From Sporopachydermia quercuum (lineage: Eukaryota), in the NCBI GenBank assembly GCA_001599295.1, contig BCGN01000006.1, forward strand, positions 248,001-312,000: 64,000 nucleotides of DNA, in the 5' to 3' direction. Both the position numbers and the translations under genes were made by a program. The notes beneath the pieces are model-generated. The model saw nothing but the letters and a program-made list of their open reading frames with translations, searched no databases and was not told where the DNA came from. Position 1 is the first letter of the stretch; each line of letters begins with the position of its first letter. Below, in pieces: positions 57,103 to 64,000 of the stretch.

Positions 57103-60100
57103 ATGTCTGTTCACCCTGGTCGTGCTCAACACGGAGCTAGGCCTANGAGAATAAATCATGAGCAGGTAAAGTCGCATACCCAGTCTCCGACTCCAACGAA
57201 AGCAATACCAAATGATCGGTCTGCCAAGAAAGTCACTAGCAAAAAGCCATCAAGATCTTTTGTTAAAGATAAACCATTACCGCAACAACCACATCCTAAC
57301 GCACAAAAAATACCGTTGACGGTTACCTTCAAAGAAACACAAGAAATCATTCATGAAATAACCAGCGATATTCGCGCAAGAGCTTCGGAAACAATTCACA
57401 TATTTTTGTCATTCAGACCACAGTCAGATCCAAAGAAAGTACGCAATTTCATATCAGAATGCAACCTGGGAAGAAATATTCCTCCCTTATCAGGGCCGAA
57501 ATTACGACAGTTGATACGAGCGACAGATCAGTTCAGTCTCATGACTTGTTTGAAATGGTTGTGGGGCCATTTAGAAGCTCCAATAGTTGGCTGGAGTGTT
57601 TATGACAAATTTCGCGACTTAGAACGAAAAGAAGGATATCCCAAAGCGGCATTCGTAAATCTTTTTCCAAAGTGTCTCACCAGTTCAGCACAAGCATCCG
57701 TTATTTATGACTTTTTTGACTTGATGTACTGTTTATCAGGAAAATCAACTGTCAACCAAATGAGTGGGAGAAAGATAAGTAAAGTAGCAGGTATATGGGC
57801 ATTTGGCGTTGATGAGTCAAAAAGAACGTTTACATTTGAAGATGGTCTGAAAGAATGGATCTCCAGTGCAACAGCATGTTTTCACTTGTTTATTTCATTT
57901 TTGAAAGCTAATTTACCAGCAGACCTTCAAGATCCAGAAGTTCCTAGACCGCTAAAAGCTATTTTAAGTAGTGAGGTATATCCTCCTAGCGGTACGGCAA
58001 ATGCTCGTTTAGTTTCTGTACCTGTTGTCACAATGAGATCGCCTTCTATCAGTAGAACACCAAATGAGTTGGTGGAAAAAGCAGCCAAGGTTTTATCCTT
58101 CGAAAATCCGAGTTTGTTTCCTGATCAGGAAGACTATGAAATACTGAAATGCACCTTCGATGGAAATCCAATAGAAACATCAATCATTTCTCAAGAGTCA
58201 AAACGATTGTTGAATTTGATTTCAGATGAAATTGTGCAGTACGAAAATAGCCTTGAAGTTGTCGATAACGGAAGCGGTAAGCCATCAGGTGATGTAATTG
58301 ATGAGAATGAGTTGAACGCTTGGAATGTGAGTTCCGTCGATTGTAGAAAAAGACCATCAATATATAGGAAGCAAGGTGGGAACGGTAGCGATGATGTGTC
58401 AATAAACACTACAGCTGATGTTTCACGAATACTTATTGATGATTACTATTGTTGGGTTTGGATGTCTTCAATATCGCCTGAGCAACCTGATAAGTTGAAG
58501 TCANTATTTGGCAGATCTGTCATCATAGAAGTTGTTATTGATCCGTATGAAAAAGGGTTTAGATCTGAATTTTTTCGGACAAAAGTAGATGCTTCAAAGA
58601 AGTCCAGCCCTTCAGAGAAATTTCACCGTTGGGTGATTATTGAAGAGGTTGTGCGTAAAGCTCCTATTGATACAGAATCCACAGCTCTGGTAGAGGAAAA
58701 TTTACTATCAAAAAATGTAGATGTAATTGACAACTTGAATCGCAAAACCAGAAGGAAAAGCGATAGTTCCAATAAAGATACCAACAGAACAAAAGCCGTT
58801 CAATCTGTATGTGAACAATTATTTGATACAGAAGAGTCGATCACTGACTCTTACATAGCGGCATATATGGAATCAGACACTGAAAGTGATAGAATTATAA
58901 GTGTGCTCGTTTCCGATAATACCAGCGATTCAAGTGCTGATAGACATACTGACAAAGCAAGCACGCCAACTAGAGAGAGTAATAAGAAGCATACTGAACA
59001 ATCGGGTGGTAGGAGGAACAGCAGTATAAATATTAGTGCTATGCCGGGTAAAGAGGATTTGTCTTTTACTAAGAGTATCTCCAACAAACACAGAAATGAT
59101 TCTACTACTGGCGACGAACCGCCACCTGTTCCAAAGCATCAAGTTATTCGAAGTATGCTTTTAGATTCCGAAGAAATTGCTGACGCTAGAAAAAAATTGG
59201 GTCCAAGTGCTGAACAGGGCCCACCAAAACCTCAAGTTCCTCCATTGCCACCAAAGCCCCAAGGAGTAGCAACTCCAGAAAGATCACCTAATTCCTCTTA
59301 TGCCGATTCGGAAGAAGCAACCACCTGTTTTCCTCAAAGCCCTTGCAGTCCTAAATATGATTCAAAGTTGAAACTGAAAATGCCCAAATCCTTTTCTAAG
59401 AAAACGTTGACATCTATTATCTCAAGCCCTCCTGGTATCTTGAGCCATAAAAAGACGAAGTCCCAGAATGAGAAAAAAACCGTTAATACCAGCCCTAGTT
59501 ATCGTGATAGAGAACTACCAGACTTGCCACTACCTACTTTGAAGGCACCCGAACTGAATAGTGTCTTTGATAATAGAAGACATGATAGGCCTATCAGTGT
59601 TCTTCCGCCTTTGGAAGATATAGGCACTCTTGATATTGCACTTCCTACGCCTGTAGATGAACATTTTGCAGCGGAAATGGATTTTGAATTCCGAGCCTTG
59701 AGTTTATATCCTTCAAGTGGGGAATCTACCGACACTCTTTCATATCCTAGTAGTTATCATTCACCATGGGAACAATCAAAGCAGAGGACATTGCGTCCTC
59801 CCATCAATATGACTAAAAGAAACTCAGCTGTAGAAGATGTCACCGCAAGTAGCTCCGATGCGTCGATAGGTGACTATGATGATGAGGACACTCCAAAGGC
59901 ACCAAAAGCTTCTCGAACTCGAACTCCATCACCGGAAAATTATACAGCAAGAAGTTCCTCGAGTAATCTTGGAGTAACGCCCGTACCTTATGATTCCGGT
60001 GGTCATCCTCATTTTGAATCAACGCCTGTTAGAATTCCTGGTACGCATGCCATTGCTCCTAGTTCACCAAGACCTGCTTCAAGTCCAGTGTTTGATAGTA

Positions 60101-61839
60101 CTCATCATAGAATCGACCTATCACCCACGACAAACGCTTCTTTTCCTCATGGTAGAAATACCAGTCCTTTGAGGAATGTTATTACTGCAAGAGATAGTGA
60201 TAAAGATGATGAGTCCAGCGAGAATGAGTCCTCAAGTGAATACTTCTCTATTCAGCCATCTATTGGCTCTACTAACTCTATAACACACAGCTCTACAACA
60301 ACTGCTGTAAGATCATCAGAGGGCAAATCACTCAGTCGTAATCATGAAGTATCAGCGGGTGATGCTCTAAGTGTAGCACATTCTGACTTATCTGCTGATT
60401 CGAGTGAATATAGCGATGTAAAACCTGTAAAGCTGCCATTCACTACTTCTTTGCAACCTGAGACTAACGTTAGCACTACATCTTTACGAAGTGGTGCCCA
60501 GTTAGCAACTGAAAGTGTAAATACAATCGTTGAAAGTATAGGTATGGGTGTTGTTAACAGTGAAGAGCATGAACTAAAAACAAAGAAGCTTTTCAAGTTG
60601 GAAAAAAGACCTCCTCCTTCGATGACATCGGGTGGTGTTTTGCATGAGCTGTCAAAAATCGATAAGCCTTTACCTCAAGCACCTATTAACCCCGAATCAA
60701 GAACAGTCGAAAAATCAAGCTCGCTAGAAGTTGAGAAAAAGCAGGCTTTTGATAAAGAGCCTAGAGATGTTTCTGATTATGGAAACAAAGCAGATCTGAA
60801 TTTCGAAAACAAAGAACCTTATTACAAGGATTATAATAATGAATCTGCTAGTTTAAGCAAACGAGATGAAGAAGAAGAGGTGGAGCAAAAGCATTCAGAT
60901 GTAGACACCGATAAATCGAAGTCATTATCTAGCTCAAACTCTGATGACTATAGGAAAGAAATGGCTAAAGGATTCAATTTTCAACGATCATCACCAAACA
61001 AAAGAACTCCTGAAGGAATGTATCCTGGATCTCCTGGACCCTATGCGCCCTATGGATCTTATGGTGCTCCCGTGCCCGGTCCGCCTTATGGAGCTTATAA
61101 TGCTCCTAGTGCTCCAGGAGTATACTGGAATCCTAATCAGCAAGGGCCAAGTGCAAGGTTACAATATGGATATCCTAACAAAAATTCCGGTTCTCGCACA
61201 GCCTCACCCGCGTCGTCAAGCGGTAGTGGGCCAGACTATTATCAACAACCAAGGAACAGATCATTGCCAAATGTAAGCGATGGACTGAACTTTGGATTTG
61301 GTGTTGAATCCAACTCTGGAAGCTCGAACAGTTCCGATGAAGTTAATAGACTTTCTGCAAAACAATTGGGGCAACGTCAAAGTGCACCATTAATCTCTAC
61401 TGATAAAATGCCAAATCCTGGCCCAAGTTCTTCTCAAAGTAAATCAGCAGGACAACAAACGGTGCCACCTCCTGGCTCGTACCCACCTCAGTCCATGTAT
61501 TGGTATCCCCCTCAAGGTTATCCTCCACCACAAGGATATCCGCTTCAGGGATACCCTCCACAAAACTATCTTCCACCACAAGGATATCAAATACCGCCTG
61601 GAACTCCTGGATACCCACCACAAGGAATTCCTTATATGTATCCGCCAATGGGATATGGCATGCCTCCTGGGCCAGGTGGGTGGCCTGGTCCTGGTAGTTC
61701 GTCAGACCCAAATAACAATCTGGCAGGCGTTCCGGCAATGCCAACCACTTCCAGAGGGCAAAGAAGACATGTTCAACGGAATCCTAATAAAAGGGAACTA
61801 CGTCAAGCATTGAAAGGTGATGCATTTGGAGTTATATAG
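57103..61839 (+). CDS. MSB1: Msb1/Mug8-like morphogenesis protein (N-terminal RhoGAP-like domain, long low-complexity tail)
   Basis: IFLSFRP, CLKWLWGHL, IVGWSVY, IYDFFDL, NQMSGRKISKVAGIWAF, IDDYYCWVWMSSISPEQP and WVIIEE. Confidence 0.8.
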   Translation: MSVHPGRAQHGARPXRINHEQVKSHTQSPTPTKAIPNDRSAKKVTSKKPSRSFVKDKPLPQQPHPNAQKIPLTVTFKETQEIIHEITSDIRARASETIHIFLSFRPQSDPKKVRNFISECNLGRNIPPLSGPKLRQLIRATDQFSLMTCLKWLWGHLEAPIVGWSVYDKFRDLERKEGYPKAAFVNLFPKCLTSSAQASVIYDFFDLMYCLSGKSTVNQMSGRKISKVAGIWAFGVDESKRTFTFEDGLKEWISSATACFHLFISFLKANLPADLQDPEVPRPLKAILSSEVYPPSGTANARLVSVPVVTMRSPSISRTPNELVEKAAKVLSFENPSLFPDQEDYEILKCTFDGNPIETSIISQESKRLLNLISDEIVQYENSLEVVDNGSGKPSGDVIDENELNAWNVSSVDCRKRPSIYRKQGGNGSDDVSINTTADVSRILIDDYYCWVWMSSISPEQPDKLKSXFGRSVIIEVVIDPYEKGFRSEFFRTKVDASKKSSPSEKFHRWVIIEEVVRKAPIDTESTALVEENLLSKNVDVIDNLNRKTRRKSDSSNKDTNRTKAVQSVCEQLFDTEESITDSYIAAYMESDTESDRIISVLVSDNTSDSSADRHTDKASTPTRESNKKHTEQSGGRRNSSINISAMPGKEDLSFTKSISNKHRNDSTTGDEPPPVPKHQVIRSMLLDSEEIADARKKLGPSAEQGPPKPQVPPLPPKPQGVATPERSPNSSYADSEEATTCFPQSPCSPKYDSKLKLKMPKSFSKKTLTSIISSPPGILSHKKTKSQNEKKTVNTSPSYRDRELPDLPLPTLKAPELNSVFDNRRHDRPISVLPPLEDIGTLDIALPTPVDEHFAAEMDFEFRALSLYPSSGESTDTLSYPSSYHSPWEQSKQRTLRPPINMTKRNSAVEDVTASSSDASIGDYDDEDTPKAPKASRTRTPSPENYTARSSSSNLGVTPVPYDSGGHPHFESTPVRIPGTHAIAPSSPRPASSPVFDSTHHRIDLSPTTNASFPHGRNTSPLRNVITARDSDKDDESSENESSSEYFSIQPSIGSTNSITHSSTTTAVRSSEGKSLSRNHEVSAGDALSVAHSDLSADSSEYSDVKPVKLPFTTSLQPETNVSTTSLRSGAQLATESVNTIVESIGMGVVNSEEHELKTKKLFKLEKRPPPSMTSGGVLHELSKIDKPLPQAPINPESRTVEKSSSLEVEKKQAFDKEPRDVSDYGNKADLNFENKEPYYKDYNNESASLSKRDEEEEVEQKHSDVDTDKSKSLSSSNSDDYRKEMAKGFNFQRSSPNKRTPEGMYPGSPGPYAPYGSYGAPVPGPPYGAYNAPSAPGVYWNPNQQGPSARLQYGYPNKNSGSRTASPASSSGSGPDYYQQPRNRSLPNVSDGLNFGFGVESNSGSSNSSDEVNRLSAKQLGQRQSAPLISTDKMPNPGPSSSQSKSAGQQTVPPPGSYPPQSMYWYPPQGYPPPQGYPLQGYPPQNYLPPQGYQIPPGTPGYPPQGIPYMYPPMGYGMPPGPGGWPGPGSSSDPNNNLAGVPAMPTTSRGQRRHVQRNPNKRELRQALKGDAFGVI

Positions 61840-62809
61840 TTTATGTTTGGATTTGTAAGATAGTTGGCGTTCTCTCCTCGCATTTTTATGCCTGTTTAGA
61901 AGGTAGAAGAATGGTCCATCATGATAATTTATTCTGGTGACTACTAGGAGATTGAATTATAAAAAAGGAATCTGCAACATAGTTTACGAACCGTCGTATC
62001 TGTATTACAAAACACGAAAGAATAAATAACGAATTAATGAGATGATTCCACACTACTAGTATCTACCATCTGTGGGTAGAGATTTTGAGTAAAATGGTGA
62101 AGATATCTATTATTTTACCACTCCACCAGTTTCCATAATACTTCATCGTATTCAAATAGCTTCGGTTTCTCCTTTTTTGTCCCAGTTTCCATATGAATAG
62201 TGGTAAAACATGTTTCTCATCTAATATCATTAACATTTGCCTTACTGTTTCTATCACTGTTTTTCATTCACCTTCGGAAATTTCTATACTCTCTCCACCT
62301 TGCTTTAATGTGCGCCCAACCATGGCTCCATCCCGGATACTCTCGCGCCTATAATTTCCATTTCTAGTTCTCATCCCGGTTCGGGCCGGTTGAGCTCATA
62401 TCTTAAGAATTGCATGTGAAGGATAATAAAATTAATATGATATCCATTTGGTGTCTGGATGCAGATAGGCCAATTTAACTTTAAGCTTTAAGGTTTCTGC
62501 TGCTTGGGACAACACTAGCATTTGCATGTGAAAACTGAATTATGTTAAAACCAGAGAAAACCAGGGAAGTAATGTAATGTCAAAATTAATTAAGAATATT
62601 TCGACGTTGATGTTTCAGTAGTATTAAGAAGATGAAACATATTATAATGTGAGTTGATTAGTGAGGTAATGAAAACGGGCTACGTAATAGTTCTGTTGAT
62701 TTCTAATAGTGTCAGAAAATTCAAATGAAGATTGAATTACACGTAGTACCATTGATTGATAAAGAACTTTCTACTTTGGTTGCGTCTTCAATATTTATGA
62801 TTCCTTTGA

Positions 62810-62827
62810 TCCGCTTAATTAAGCGGA
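62810..62827. repeat. Perfect 18-bp palindrome TCCGCTTAATTAAGCGGA (CCG-N10-CGG)
   Basis: Directly visible, about 710 bp upstream of the perilipin-like gene. Confidence 0.85.
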
Positions 62828-63533
62828 AAGGTATGAAGCATTGTTATCGAAAGAATTATGGCTAGTAAGTACGTATGTTGTTTTAATTCTCTGAAGAGAA
62901 GTTAATTGTCAAACCATTAATCACATCCGTAAAAGGAAGTGAAAAGAGAAGATAATTGAAAGGAGCAATACCTTTTTTACTTTTCGGATGATTTTTTTTC
63001 CAGACTTCTTCCTATTCTTCTAACTTGATTATTTCCGTTCAAGATTAGCTACAAGATCTTTCTATTCGTGGATTATCTGTCTTTTCACAATTGTTGGCAA
63101 TGAATAGATGGACTTTGGTTAGTAGATCCAATAAAAATAAGAGAGATCATTTCAAGGTTGAATAGGCATCTTAGATAAGGTTTAGTTAAAGTTTGAGAGG
63201 CCAAAAAGTAAGTAGTAATTTCAAGCATGTGATTATCATTGATATTTGTTCATCAACAAGTTTGAATGATTAATTTCTTTTGGGAATATTATATAAATAG
63301 AAAGGATTCTTCAAACTGTTGTTATTTATTCTGTGTTTCTATGTCTGGTATATTGTGATAGGAATGAACGCAAGGGAGAATTAGCATTAAGTCCTTAAAA
63401 AGTTCTGAGCAAGTAGCCGTGGAATAAAGCAGACTGTATATTGGCGTTTTGAATTTTTTCCTTTAGACAACATTTTAATAGTGTAAAGAACAAAGAACCG
63501 GAAAAGCATAGATAGCTGTTGATCGTCGCTACA

Positions 63534-64000
63534 ATGGTATCACTTACATTGAAACATTTATATGAATATCCTGTGGTATCCAGGCCAATTGAATATGTAA
63601 AAACGTTTAGTCTTGCTAATAAGGTTATCAGCAAAGTAAATGAAGCATATATCTTGGTGAACTCAAAATATGTTCCTGAGCAAGTGAAAACACTTTTGGC
63701 AAAAGCTGATAATGTTGGGGACGCAGTTTTGACTAGAATTGATTATAGAATTCCACAAATTGAGTCCTATGTGAAGTATCCTCTTCAATATTCCTATAAT
63801 AAGTTTAACAGTACTTTATTGCATCCTTTCAATGACTATCTTGAAGGGTCGTTGAAAAGACTCAATTTGGTCGATGAAACCGTGAATGGTGATACTACAG
63901 TTGATGAAGTTGTTAGATTCAAGTATTTGATTGGAAACTCTTTTGAGAAAGCTAAACCAATTGTGAGCTCTTCTTCTAAAAACGCTAAAAAGCACGTTGA
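63534..64000 (+). CDS. 5' part of a fungal perilipin-like lipid-droplet protein (Pet10/Pln1/Sps4/CAP20 family); runs off the window end
   Basis: MVSLTLKHLYEYPVVSRPIEYV...LAKADNVGDAVLTRIDYRIPQI...HPFNDYLE...DEVVRFKYL; open to 64000 and absent from the ORF track. Confidence 0.75.
   Translation, partial: MVSLTLKHLYEYPVVSRPIEYVKTFSLANKVISKVNEAYILVNSKYVPEQVKTLLAKADNVGDAVLTRIDYRIPQIESYVKYPLQYSYNKFNSTLLHPFNDYLEGSLKRLNLVDETVNGDTTVDEVVRFKYLIGNSFEKAKPIVSSSSKNAKKHV

Overview
AT-rich eukaryotic DNA from a budding yeast (Saccharomycotina) using the standard code: CTG sits at conserved Leu positions in SmD2. An early-diverging, Dipodascales/Yarrowia-like lineage is inferred from the retained SDE2, a DHX35-like gene, an FlbD-like Myb and several short spliceosomal introns with TACTAAC-type branch points. 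The window holds about 23 protein genes: SEC26, LYS4, NHP2, PEX5, a Ctr3-type copper transporter, VPS26, a CUE protein, CAC2, SMD2, GUF1, SER1, MEC3/HUS1, GCD7, SDE2, TUF1, ECM38, an MSB1-like gene, bZIP/Myb/KH regulators, a DEAH helicase-like gene and two genes cut by the window edges. It also has tRNA-Thr(AGT) and an intron-containing tRNA-Arg(TCT). Four observations stand out. (1) An intact 736-aa DHX35-like DEAH helicase lacks all its catalytic ATPase motifs and is a candidate pseudo-helicase. (2) A decayed mevalonate kinase (ERG12) relic, absent from the ORF track, lies in an apparently empty intergenic region. (3) A hairpin cluster with a perfect 27-bp stem lies in the long Myb/CUE intergenic region. 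(4) The SER1 intron must skip a TAG and use an AAG acceptor to keep frame. No mobile element or CRISPR array was recognised. All family calls come from motif recognition by eye, not database searches.
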